64,000 bases of DNA from an uncultured Phycisphaerales bacterium (GTDB taxonomy: Bacteria; Planctomycetota; Phycisphaerae; Sedimentisphaerales; Anaerobacaceae), in NCBI GenBank assembly GCA_963772725.1, contig CAVYYI010000002.1:430894-494893 (forward strand), given 5' to 3'. Positions 10,279-19,524 of this stretch are shown in pieces. Every line of letters starts with the position of its first letter. The stretch's first letter is position 1. The notes beneath the pieces are model-generated. The model made no database searches. It saw only the letters and a program-made list of their open reading frames with translations, and was not told where the DNA came from. A program made the position numbers and the translations under genes.

Positions 10279-10914
10279 ATGAAAATATTTAAGGATAAGC
10301 ATATGCCGGAGTGGAGATACATAAGATACGATATTGTGGAACGATGGGAACGGATAACAGAGAGGCTGCGTTCGCCGAGGGAATGGGTTAATCGGCAGAA
10401 TCCGAAAGTTATGCTGGGTATAGCGGGGTTTTGCTTGGTAATTCTTGTTGTAATCGGTATCGGCCAGTTAAGAGACGGTAAAGTAGTGACAAGGGTCGGA
10501 AGCAGCAATAATAAAAGCTGGTTTTATGACCTCAATACGGGCAGACTTTTTACGGAAAGAAGCGATAAATTGCCGCCGTTTGAGGTTTCATCGGGGCCGC
10601 TGGCTAATGGTGAACCGGCAGGAGTCAGGGCTTATGTATTCAGTTACAGCGACCAGCCAAACGACAGTAACCGTTTTATCGGTTATCTGGAAAAATTGAC
10701 GCCGAGAGGTAAAGAGCTTATGGCCACTTTTTTAAAATCAAGGAGCAATTTAACGAGAGAAAGCGTCATAGAATTGAGCAGGGAAAGGCTTGTCCGCAGC
10801 GTTGAAGGCAAGCAGTGGTTTGCGTCGGACAGCAACGAGGGCAAGGCTGTGATTAGTAAGGGATTTTCACCGAACAAAAAAGGCAAGAAGCCGCAATTTG
10901 TTTTGCCGGAATAG
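10279..10914 (+). CDS. Membrane-anchored hypothetical protein
   Basis: One TM helix; follows the pilin-like pair after 15 nt. Confidence 0.65.
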   Translation: MKIFKDKHMPEWRYIRYDIVERWERITERLRSPREWVNRQNPKVMLGIAGFCLVILVVIGIGQLRDGKVVTRVGSSNNKSWFYDLNTGRLFTERSDKLPPFEVSSGPLANGEPAGVRAYVFSYSDQPNDSNRFIGYLEKLTPRGKELMATFLKSRSNLTRESVIELSRERLVRSVEGKQWFASDSNEGKAVISKGFSPNKKGKKPQFVLPE

Positions 10915-10917
10915 CGT

Positions 10918-10942
10918 AGATTCCCGCTTTCGCGGGAATGAC
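10918..10942. repeat. dRS3-like palindrome between convergent genes
   Basis: AGATTCCCGC-TTTC-GCGGGAATGAC fits ATTCCC-N8-GGGAAT. Confidence 0.6.
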
Positions 10943-10972
10943 AAAAAATGCAGGCGAACAGAAGAAAAAAGA

Positions 10973-12121
10973 TTATGTTCTAAGGACAGCGCCGCCGAGG
11001 TCCTCTTCTTCTTCCTTTTTATGGCTGGGCATTTCAGTTCTGAGCTTTTTCATTTTGGTCATAGCCTTATCCTGGAGTGCACCTGGCTGACGGCCTTTAT
11101 CGAGCATTTCCTCGAGGCTGATCCGGCCGGCGTCATAGAGGTTCCAGAGATGCTCATCGAGAAGCTGCATACCAAGTTTTTTTCCGGTCTGGATGCTCGA
11201 ATCGATACGGTAAGCCTTATTTTCGCGGATGAGGTTGGAAATAGCGGGTGTAACGACCATAAATTCGTAAGCGGCGACACGGCCCTTTCCAGTCATAAGG
11301 GGGCAAAGCGTCTGGGCGAGAACGGCGATTAGGTTGGTGCTGAGCTGAGTCCGGATTTGTTCCTGCTGATTGGGAGGAAACACATCTATAATTCTGGTTA
11401 TGGTGCCTGAAGCGCTTGTCGTGTGAAGGGTGCTGAAGACAAGGTGACCTGTTTCGGCAGCCCTGACGGCGGCTTCGATTGTTTCGAGGTCGCGCAATTC
11501 ACCAACGAGGATAACGTCGGGGTCCTGTCTCAAAACACGTCTTAGTGCCTCGGAAAAGCTCGGGACGTCGAGGCCGACTTCTCTCTGGTTGATAATGGAT
11601 TTTTTATGGCTGTGGTAATATTCAATAGGCTCTTCGACGGTTACAATGTGGCGGTCGAAGTTTTCGTTAATGTAATTAATCATCGAGGCCAGGGTAGTGG
11701 TTTTACCGCTGCCGGTAGGGCCTGTAACGAGAAACATACCTCTGGGCCTGCGGCACAGCGCGGCGCAGACTTTGGGCAGACCTATTTCCTCGAGGCTCAT
11801 AATTTTCGAGGGAATCAGTCGCAATACTATGGCGATGGTACCCTTTTGTTTGAAGACAGCGACACGGAAACGCGCCATATCGCCAAACGCGAAACCGAAG
11901 TCGGTACCGCCCTCTTCCTGGAGTTCCTGCTGATTTCTTTCCGGGGTTATGCTTTTCATCAGGCCGGATGTATCGTCAGAATCGAGCACCTTTGTTTCCA
12001 AAGAGCGCAGCGAGCCGTGAACCCTGAATACCGGAGGTTTTCCCACGGTAATATGTATATCAGAGGCACCCTGCGAGACGCAGGCGTGCAGTAAACGGTC
12101 CATATTAACAGTTGACGCCAT
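10973..12121 (-). CDS. pilT: Type IV pilus retraction ATPase
   Basis: ASDIH, GPTGSGKTTT, QREVG, LRQDPDVILVGELRD, AAETGHLVFSTLHT. Confidence 0.93.
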   Translation of the reverse strand: MASTVNMDRLLHACVSQGASDIHITVGKPPVFRVHGSLRSLETKVLDSDDTSGLMKSITPERNQQELQEEGGTDFGFAFGDMARFRVAVFKQKGTIAIVLRLIPSKIMSLEEIGLPKVCAALCRRPRGMFLVTGPTGSGKTTTLASMINYINENFDRHIVTVEEPIEYYHSHKKSIINQREVGLDVPSFSEALRRVLRQDPDVILVGELRDLETIEAAVRAAETGHLVFSTLHTTSASGTITRIIDVFPPNQQEQIRTQLSTNLIAVLAQTLCPLMTGKGRVAAYEFMVVTPAISNLIRENKAYRIDSSIQTGKKLGMQLLDEHLWNLYDAGRISLEEMLDKGRQPGALQDKAMTKMKKLRTEMPSHKKEEEEDLGGAVLRT

Positions 12122-12143
12122 TGTAATATCCTCAATAACTTAT

Positions 12144-13886
12144 CTAATCTATAACTGTCCCTTCCACCTGGGCGATAGCGGCTATCTCGTCGGGGGTGGT
12201 TGTTCCTTTGAATATTTTAAGTTTGCCATCGCTTAAAAGTGTTCTCATACCGCTCGCGACGGCGGCTTTTCTCAATTCGGAGGTAGTGGCCTTTGAGAAC
12301 GCCAATTCTCTGATTTCGTTGTTTAATTCAAGCATTTCAAAAATACCGATACGACCTTTATAGCCTGTTCCATGGCAAATGTTGCAACCGGCACCCTTAT
12401 ATACTGGCCTGTTTCTGATATCATCAACGGTGATGCCGAGCAGCCGCAGTTTATGAGGGTCGGGGGCCTTATCAACGGTCTTGCAGTTTTTACAAATGAC
12501 CCTGACGAGTCTCTGCGCCATAATAGCCTGAATAGAGCTGGCGACCAGAAAGGGTTTTATGCCCATATCAATAAGACGCGTGATGGCACTAATGGCGTCA
12601 TTGGTGTGCAGGGTACTGAAAACGAGGTGACCTGTAAGCGCGGCCTGGATGGCGATATCCGCCACGATACCGTCTCGAATTTCACCGATGAGAATAATAT
12701 TCGGCGCCTGTCTGAGCATGGACCTGAGGATAGCATCAAAAGTCAGGCCGATATCATCTCTAACCTGGCACTGGTTCATACCGGCAAAGTTATATTCGAC
12801 GGGGTCTTCGGCAGTAATAATTTTCTTATCCGACCTGTTGAGTTCCTGCAACGCGGCGTAAAGTGTTGTGGTTTTACCGCTGCCTGTAGGTCCAGTAACA
12901 AGGAAGATACCATTTGGTCTTTTGATTATACGCTGGAATCTTTCGTAGTCGTCATGCTCAAAACCGAGGGATTGAATACCGATATTTACTGCGTCAGGGC
13001 GCAAAATTCTCATTACGACACTTTCGCCGTGACTGCCCGGGAGGGCCGAGACACGGAAATCGATATCCTGTCCGGCGATATTGCGTTTTATTCTGCCGTC
13101 CTGCGGGAGACGTTTTTCGGCGATATCCATACCGGACAAAATTTTAATACGTGTAATCATGGAGGCCTGCATACTCTTGGGGATATTATCTTTTTCAAGG
13201 CAGACACCGTCAACGCGGTATCTTATTCTGACCCTGTCAGCCATCGGTTCAACATGAATATCGCTTGCCCTCATGTGATAGGCGTTATCAATAATTAGGT
13301 TGACGAGTTTCACGATGGGTGCATCATCGTCACCGGCGGCCTGTGCCTGAAGTGCAACGGCCTGCAACTCATGGCCTGCTTCGGCAAGCTCGGCGGCAGT
13401 GGCGTCAATACTGTGTTTCAGTTTGTCATCATTCTGTGTTTTGACTCTATCAAAGGATTCCTCGATATAGGCGCGTATTTTATCGGAATTTGCGAGATAA
13501 CAATGGGGCTCGGTATTGAGCCTGAATCTGATTATATCAATGACTTCAAGGTTGAGGGGGTCGCCGATAATAAGTTTGAGTCTGCCGTCATTCATACCTA
13601 AAGGCAGGACATTGTATCTTTTGACAAGGTCCTCAGGGACAAGCTTTGCGGCTTCGGGCGGAATAGTGGTGACGTCGAGATTTATGTATTCAAGGCCGAA
13701 TTGCTTGGCGATAACCTGAGTCAGGGTTTCTTCGTCGATGAGGCCAAGCTCGAGCAAGACCTGTCCAAGACGTTTATTATTGGACTTAGCGGTCTTAATC
13801 GCTTCAATAAGCGGTTCCTTCTCAACTAAGCCCGCCTTGAAGATAATCTCACCTAATTTTTTGCGTGATTTAGCCATATTCCACAA
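12144..13886 (-). CDS. pilB: Type IV pilus/T2SS assembly ATPase (PilB/GspE) with MshEN-like N-terminus and tetracysteine motif
   Basis: KLGEII..RLGQVLLELG; RYRVDG; LPQDGR; GPTGSGKTTT; CKNC..CNIC. Confidence 0.88.
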   Translation of the reverse strand: MWNMAKSRKKLGEIIFKAGLVEKEPLIEAIKTAKSNNKRLGQVLLELGLIDEETLTQVIAKQFGLEYINLDVTTIPPEAAKLVPEDLVKRYNVLPLGMNDGRLKLIIGDPLNLEVIDIIRFRLNTEPHCYLANSDKIRAYIEESFDRVKTQNDDKLKHSIDATAAELAEAGHELQAVALQAQAAGDDDAPIVKLVNLIIDNAYHMRASDIHVEPMADRVRIRYRVDGVCLEKDNIPKSMQASMITRIKILSGMDIAEKRLPQDGRIKRNIAGQDIDFRVSALPGSHGESVVMRILRPDAVNIGIQSLGFEHDDYERFQRIIKRPNGIFLVTGPTGSGKTTTLYAALQELNRSDKKIITAEDPVEYNFAGMNQCQVRDDIGLTFDAILRSMLRQAPNIILIGEIRDGIVADIAIQAALTGHLVFSTLHTNDAISAITRLIDMGIKPFLVASSIQAIMAQRLVRVICKNCKTVDKAPDPHKLRLLGITVDDIRNRPVYKGAGCNICHGTGYKGRIGIFEMLELNNEIRELAFSKATTSELRKAAVASGMRTLLSDGKLKIFKGTTTPDEIAAIAQVEGTVID

Positions 13887-13954
13887 TTATTTTCGGTATT
13901 ATGTCAATCTGGGTAAAGTCTAATTATAGCATTATTTTGTGAATAAGTCAAATG

Positions 13955-15187
13955 TTAGAGTTTTAGGCGGAGCATATTCAAAGCAGTCAGGGCGGCACGA
14001 AATCTTATAAAGTCTCTATCGTGTGAAAAAACAAAGCAAGCGGTTTGGCAACCTTTTTGCGAATCTGAAGAAATATATACCAGTCCGACGGGTTTTTGTT
14101 CGTTACCGCCGCCGGGACCGGCGATTCCGGTTATTGCGAGCGAGAAATCAGCAGAGGCTTTTTTTCGGGCATTTTGCGCCATGGCCTGGGCAACCTGTTC
14201 GCTTACAGCGCCGTATTGCTCTACCAGGTGCGGGGGTACGTGGAGTTCATGTATTTTGGCCTGGTTGCTGTATGTAACCCAGCCTTGGAGGAAATATTCG
14301 CTGGCGCCAGGAATATCGGTTATCAGCTTTGCCAGCAAGCCTCCAGTGCAGGATTCCGCTACGACAAGAGTCTTGTGCTGGGCAGCGAGTTTTTGGCCGA
14401 CGACCTCTGCAAGGGTCTGGTCATCTGTGCCATAGATAAGGTCTCCGAGTATATCGCGGAGGGTTTTTTCGTCTTTTTCAGCCATTTGCAGGGCGGAGTT
14501 ATGGGTCTTTGCGGTTGCGATGATATGAAGGGTTACAATGCCGTATTGTACGGTACAGTTGATTAATGGATTCCTGTCGCGATGCATAAGGGAACCGAGC
14601 GATTCGGCGATAGTTGATTCACCAGCTCCGAAGCATTTCAATTTTTTGATAACCACCGCCTGACCGGCAGTGAGTTCTTTGAGTCTGGGCAAAACAGTTT
14701 CACAGAACATGGCTTTCATTTCGGAGGGGACGCCCGGCATAGAGGCAAATATTTTATCTTTTGTTTCCGCGATAACGCCCGGCGCGGTTCCGAGATTGTT
14801 GGAGATAGGTTTTGCGCCGGCGGGGATACACGCTTGAATTCTGTTCATTTCGGGCATTTTGATGTTTCTGTCAGCGAAAATTTTTTGTATTTTTTCAAGC
14901 AGTTCATTTTGCAGAACCAATTCCACGTTAAGGAATTTCGCGAGGGCATGACGAGTCAAATCATCATCGGTAGGCCCCAGCCCCCCTGTTACAAGAACGA
15001 TATCGGCATCGATGGAAGCATGATTAAACGTTTTTACAATTTTTTCAATATCATCACCGATGACATAAACGCTGACGACGGGTATGGAGGCGGATAAAAG
15101 TTCGCGGCTAAGCCAGGCGGCGTTGGTATCCACGGTCTGGCCGCTGATGATTTCATTACCTATACTGATGATGGAAGCTTTTTTCAT
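13955..15187 (-). CDS. cinA: Competence/damage-inducible protein CinA (MoCF domain + NMN deamidase)
   Basis: GNEIISGQTVDTN, GGLGPTDDDLT, AESCTGG, TGIAGPGGG. Confidence 0.93.
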   Translation of the reverse strand: MKKASIISIGNEIISGQTVDTNAAWLSRELLSASIPVVSVYVIGDDIEKIVKTFNHASIDADIVLVTGGLGPTDDDLTRHALAKFLNVELVLQNELLEKIQKIFADRNIKMPEMNRIQACIPAGAKPISNNLGTAPGVIAETKDKIFASMPGVPSEMKAMFCETVLPRLKELTAGQAVVIKKLKCFGAGESTIAESLGSLMHRDRNPLINCTVQYGIVTLHIIATAKTHNSALQMAEKDEKTLRDILGDLIYGTDDQTLAEVVGQKLAAQHKTLVVAESCTGGLLAKLITDIPGASEYFLQGWVTYSNQAKIHELHVPPHLVEQYGAVSEQVAQAMAQNARKKASADFSLAITGIAGPGGGNEQKPVGLVYISSDSQKGCQTACFVFSHDRDFIRFRAALTALNMLRLKL

Positions 15188-15191
15188 AGGT

Positions 15192-16226
15192 TTAAAACTC
15201 TATAAGGGCTTTGACGACGCCGTCGCGATATTGAGCGACCAAATCAAAAGCCTGGCGGGTTTGGTCAAAACTAAATCTGTGGGTTATCATAAAGTCGGCA
15301 CGGATTTTTCCGGAGGCCAGCAAATCAATACACTTTTGCGTGCAATGGTTTTGCCTTCGCACGTTTACGATGGTAATTTCTTTTCTCCGGGTTTTATCAA
15401 TGATAAATGAGATTCGTTCCTCTCGCGGGATACCTATAAGCATAAGTTTACCGCCGGGTTTGAGCAGTTCGATGGCCTGGTCAATGGCGTCCTGCTGGCC
15501 GGCACATTCAAAAACAGCATCCATACCGCCGGACTGACGGCTGATAATCTCTTTTACTATATCCTGTTTATTCGGGTTTACCGACCAGACGGCGCCGCCA
15601 TTTAGGGCGATTTCAACACGGGCATCAATTTTATCCGTAACATAACAGGAATTTATGCCTTGCGATTTTGCGGCGAGCAGGCAGCTTAAACCGATGGGGC
15701 CTGCGACTAAAACAGCAACGGCTGCATCAGGGGGCAAATTGGCCTGTTTGACAGTGTAAACACCTATCGCGAGAGGCTCACATAAAACGCCCTGTTCGAG
15801 AGTAATTTTGTTACCGACAGGCAGACAGCACTGTTCGGGCATAACGAGGTATTCGCACAGGCAGCCTGCAATTTGGCCCGGGCAGCCGAGAAATTTCAGG
15901 TTTCTGCAGGTATTTTCCCTGTGCTGGCGGCACTGGTCGCAATTATTGCAGGAAATTGCAGGCTCAACAACAACGCGGTCGCCGACCTTTACGATTTTGA
16001 CGGCCGGGCCGACAGATTTAACTGTCGCGGCGCATTCGTGTCCGACAATGAACGGATATTTTACGACCTGCGAACCGATTTTTCCGGTTTCATAATAATG
16101 CACATCGGAGCCGCACACACCGACTTTTTCGATTTTCAGCAGAACATCGTTATCATTTTTTATGTTCGGTTCAGGCAAATTGCGGATTTCCATCTGCCTG
16201 ATGCCTGTCAGCAAAGCCGCTTTCAT
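15192..16226 (-). CDS. Zn-dependent (MDR) polyol/alcohol dehydrogenase, sorbitol-DH-like
   Basis: CGSDVH, GHE, CxxCxxC-x7-C. Confidence 0.88.
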   Translation of the reverse strand: MKAALLTGIRQMEIRNLPEPNIKNDNDVLLKIEKVGVCGSDVHYYETGKIGSQVVKYPFIVGHECAATVKSVGPAVKIVKVGDRVVVEPAISCNNCDQCRQHRENTCRNLKFLGCPGQIAGCLCEYLVMPEQCCLPVGNKITLEQGVLCEPLAIGVYTVKQANLPPDAAVAVLVAGPIGLSCLLAAKSQGINSCYVTDKIDARVEIALNGGAVWSVNPNKQDIVKEIISRQSGGMDAVFECAGQQDAIDQAIELLKPGGKLMLIGIPREERISFIIDKTRRKEITIVNVRRQNHCTQKCIDLLASGKIRADFMITHRFSFDQTRQAFDLVAQYRDGVVKALIEF

Positions 16227-16356
16227 AGCGTTTCTCCGTAAATATATAATTTTTCAAGCAGTTAGAGTAAATCCATTGGTTTATTATGTCAACCAGTAAA
16301 ACCCCTGTAGAGTTGTCTGTCGCGTAAAAAAAAATTAATATTTTGAAAAATTTTCC

Positions 16357-16384
16357 TTGAAATAACAGGTTTTTATGTTACACT
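16357..16384 (+). promoter_or_regulatory. Sigma70-type promoter upstream of candidate sRNA
   Basis: TTGAAA-N16-TACACT with extended -10 TG. Confidence 0.55.
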
Positions 16385-16390
16385 ATTATT

Positions 16391-16667
16391 GATGTGTGTC
16401 GCAGTTGGTTTTAACGCGAATATCGCTTCGCGGGAGGAGTTGGACAAACACTCCAAATAATTCTTAGATAAAACTGAACTTTTCCGCGACAGGGGACGTA
16501 AGATTTTCGTAATGATAACGATACAACGGGCTGGGGTTCATACTCCTCTTCCTCCCTCCCAACCTCAGCCCAATTTTTAAAATAGAAAGCTCTATTGGAG
16601 CTTTTAAGAACTTGAGCTGAGGCCTAATACCTCCTTCCTTCCTCCTCCTGGCCTCAGCTCTTTTTTT
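16391..16667 (+). ncRNA. Candidate structured sRNA with two anti-SD-loop hairpins
   Basis: Promoter, multi-stem 5' domain, two 11-bp hairpins with CU-rich loops, T7 terminator; no credible ORF. Confidence 0.6.
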
Positions 16668-16830
16668 GTTTCCAGCGGGAACAAGCCTGTAAAAAAAAGG
16701 GAATTTTCCTGCCAATCATCAATTTTGGACATCTCTTCTGCAGCCCCCTCAGATAATTGCTCTGGAAAATGGATGTTGTGAAGTGAGCCGGGAAATTATA
16801 AAATACATTTTTTTCAGGAAAGGATACTGT

Positions 16831-16938
16831 ATGGGCAAAAGTCGTGATACCAAAAAAGATGTAAAGAAGAAGGCACAAAAAACATTAAAAGAGAAACGAC
16901 AGGAAAAGAGATTAAAAAGAGCGGGCGGAACCATATAA
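16831..16938 (+). CDS. 35-aa basic protein MGKSRDTKKDVKKKAQKTLKEKRQEKRLKRAGGTI
   Basis: Open frame read by hand, SD GAAAGGA 6 nt upstream. Confidence 0.65.
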   Translation: MGKSRDTKKDVKKKAQKTLKEKRQEKRLKRAGGTI

Positions 16939-16979
16939 ACAGCATGAGATGATGCGTTTATGGTCTAAGGAATTCGGGA

Positions 16980-17867
16980 TTATAATAAGGCGGTACTGAA
17001 GTAGCGTTCGGCGCGGTCGGGGAGGACGGTTGTGATGCTGCCGTTAATTTTTGTGGAGAGTTTTCTGGCAGCCCAGATGTTTGCGCCGGAGCTGATGCCG
17101 ACGAGCAGGCCGTAATCTCTACCTAACTGCCTTGTGGTTTTGATGGCGTCATCGTCGCTTACTTCAACAACCTCATCGACAAGGGAGACATCGAGTACGG
17201 CGGGAATAAAACCATCGCCGATACCCTGAATCTGATGCAGGCCAGGCTCGTGACCGAGCAAAGCTGAGACGTTTTTAGGTTCGACGGCAACAATTTTTAT
17301 TTTGGGGTTTTGCTCTTTTAAAAACTTTCCGACGCCCTGAAGTGTTCCTCCGCTGCCAACACCAGCGACAAAGCAGGCTATGTCGCCGCTAGATTGGCGC
17401 CACAATTCGCGTGCGGTCTGTTCGTAATGGATTTTGGGATTGGCGGGATTTTCAAACTGCTGAGGCACGAAAACCTTCGGGTCATCTTCGGCCATTTGTT
17501 CGACCAGTTTAACGGCGCCGGCTATACCCTGCTCATCCGGAGTAAGTACTAATTCGGCGCCGAGGGCTTTGATGAGCTTTTTACGCTCCTCGCTCATTCC
17601 GGCGGGCATAACAATCCGCACCTTGTACCCCATCAAACGGCCGACAAGAGCCAGTCCAATTCCGGTATTTCCGCTGGTTGGCTCAACAATAATAGTATCA
17701 GAATTAAGCTTTTTATCGCGTTTCGCGGCCTCGAGCATGGCCAAAGCGACCCTGTCCTTGATACTGCCGCCAGGATTGAGGAATTCGGCCTTGGCAAAGA
17801 TTTTTTCACCTTTAAGCTTTATCAAAGGCGTATTGCCGATAAGTTCAAGAATATTATCAGTCAGCAT
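16980..17867 (-). CDS. cysK: Cysteine synthase A
   Basis: IGNTPL, NPGGSIKDR, PTSGNTG, QFENPAN, GVGSGGT, HQIQGIG. Confidence 0.93.
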   Translation of the reverse strand: MLTDNILELIGNTPLIKLKGEKIFAKAEFLNPGGSIKDRVALAMLEAAKRDKKLNSDTIIVEPTSGNTGIGLALVGRLMGYKVRIVMPAGMSEERKKLIKALGAELVLTPDEQGIAGAVKLVEQMAEDDPKVFVPQQFENPANPKIHYEQTARELWRQSSGDIACFVAGVGSGGTLQGVGKFLKEQNPKIKIVAVEPKNVSALLGHEPGLHQIQGIGDGFIPAVLDVSLVDEVVEVSDDDAIKTTRQLGRDYGLLVGISSGANIWAARKLSTKINGSITTVLPDRAERYFSTALL

Positions 17868-18011
17868 AATAATCCTTTGTTTTTTATGAACCTTACTTGT
17901 AAAAACGCGACAATTTTGTGATTTTACTGCCGCCAAGCGAAATATACAAGTAAATGCCAAACTTTTTGATTATAAAGTCTTTTCTTTTTATTATTTTATT
18001 GTATAATGATT

Positions 18012-18138
18012 AAAGAAATACTATGAACATAATTTCATAGTGGCTTGTATTAAATAATGAACAAGCTGGGCGTATCACACGCTCAGTTCGGAGCCGGGTA
18101 GTTCGCACCTCCCTCCGCAACCCGGCTCCATTTTTTTT
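18012..18138 (+). ncRNA. Candidate sRNA of consecutive hairpins ending in an anti-SD-loop terminator hairpin
   Basis: TATAAT at 18002-18007; hairpins with G-U pairs on + strand; GGAGCCGGGT-loop(CACCTCCCTCC)-ACCCGGCTCC then T8. Confidence 0.5.
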
Positions 18139-19276
18139 ATAGCATATCAATAACAATTTGCGCTGTCTTTTCAGATGCGCTGCCCTGCGCTAACGGTTTT
18201 ACCAATTGAATAAGCTCACGGCTGGTTTGAGTAAGCTTATTCCTGTCCTCCAAAAGCCGTTCTATGGAATTTGCTACAGGTTCAATCGACTCGAAGTACG
18301 GCATAAATTCAGGGACTAATTCTTTCCCCGCAAGAATATTTACAAGCGAAAGGTAACTGGTATTTATAATATGGCGACCGATGAGGTTCCAGAGGGTTTT
18401 ACTGGACTGATACATTACGACCATCGGGCAGCCCGCGGATGCGACCTGCAGCGTGGCGCTGCCGCTGGCGACAATGGTAAAATCCGAATTACGCGCGGTT
18501 TCCAAAACGGAGTTAATAGAATAGCCGCTTCTAAAACCGACAGTTTGAGTTGATTTAAGGAGCCGCTTTTTTTCCTCATCAACCGCAACAGTTACAAAGG
18601 AGGCGCCAGGATATTTTCGCTTTATCCGGTTCGCGATTTCCTGCATTGGCTTCCACAGCGATTCGATTTCGGCGATTCGGGAGCCTGGCATCATCGCAAT
18701 TTTGACATTTTTAGGCTCAAAATTACCATAATTTTTTGTATAATCGGAAATTCTCCCGCCAGCTTCATCGAGCAGCGGATTACCTACAAAAACAGCCTCA
18801 ACGCCTCTTTGTGAAAACCAGTCCTGCTCAAATGGCAGAATACAGCAGAGTTTGTCGCAGGATTTTTTGAGTTTTTTGATTCGCCAGGGCGCCCATGCCC
18901 ATAGCTGGGGAGCAACATAGAACAGAGTTTTGATGCCGGCTTTTTTTGCGGCTTTGGCAACATGAAAATTAAAAGCCGGCGAATCGCAGAGAATAACCAA
19001 ATCAATTTTATTTTTTTTAAAATAGCGTTTTACTCGGTATATCAGTATGCAAAAACGGAGTATGTGGCTGAAAGCTTTATAAATCATAACAGCTTTTGCG
19101 ACGGTGTTTTCGAGAAGCTCACAGCCCGCCTTTGCCATGGCGTCACCACCCAGGCCGGCAAATTTCATCTCGTAACCACTTTTGTTCAAAGCAGTTATAA
19201 GATTGGCGCAATGAATATCCGCGCTGGGTTCAGCGGCACTTATAAAAATGCGATAAATTTTTCCTGCTTCGGCCAT
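18137..19276 (-). CDS. lpxB: Lipid-A-disaccharide synthase
   Basis: AAEPSAD, DSPAFN, YVAPQLWAW, ILPFE, VGNPL, PGSR..E, ELVPE. Confidence 0.93.
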   Translation of the reverse strand: MAEAGKIYRIFISAAEPSADIHCANLITALNKSGYEMKFAGLGGDAMAKAGCELLENTVAKAVMIYKAFSHILRFCILIYRVKRYFKKNKIDLVILCDSPAFNFHVAKAAKKAGIKTLFYVAPQLWAWAPWRIKKLKKSCDKLCCILPFEQDWFSQRGVEAVFVGNPLLDEAGGRISDYTKNYGNFEPKNVKIAMMPGSRIAEIESLWKPMQEIANRIKRKYPGASFVTVAVDEEKKRLLKSTQTVGFRSGYSINSVLETARNSDFTIVASGSATLQVASAGCPMVVMYQSSKTLWNLIGRHIINTSYLSLVNILAGKELVPEFMPYFESIEPVANSIERLLEDRNKLTQTSRELIQLVKPLAQGSASEKTAQIVIDML

Positions 19277-19524
19277 AGAAAATAAGAAACCCTGATTATC
19301 AAACCATTAAAAAAGGTATTATCCGCATTTTTGTGGTGTTTAACAAGAATTTCTTTGGTGACTCAAGTGGAAAAAATACGCAATCCGCTAAACCTCAAAT
19401 TGATTTTGTTTTTTTCAGCAGATGCCCAATTTAAGTATTGACGAATCCTGTATATAATTTTACACTAATACCCAATAAGAAAGAAGGTGTGTCAGTTTAC
19501 TCCTGTTTAGTTATTTTTTAAATT

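Noticed and set aside
12372..13298. 308-aa plus-strand ORF and similar long antisense ORFs across the window
   Set aside because: Shadow frames opposite well-supported genes such as pilB
16464..16878. Minus-strand ORFs over the candidate sRNA region
   Set aside because: Low-complexity translations of the hairpins; G-U pairs, promoter and U-tail favour a + strand RNA
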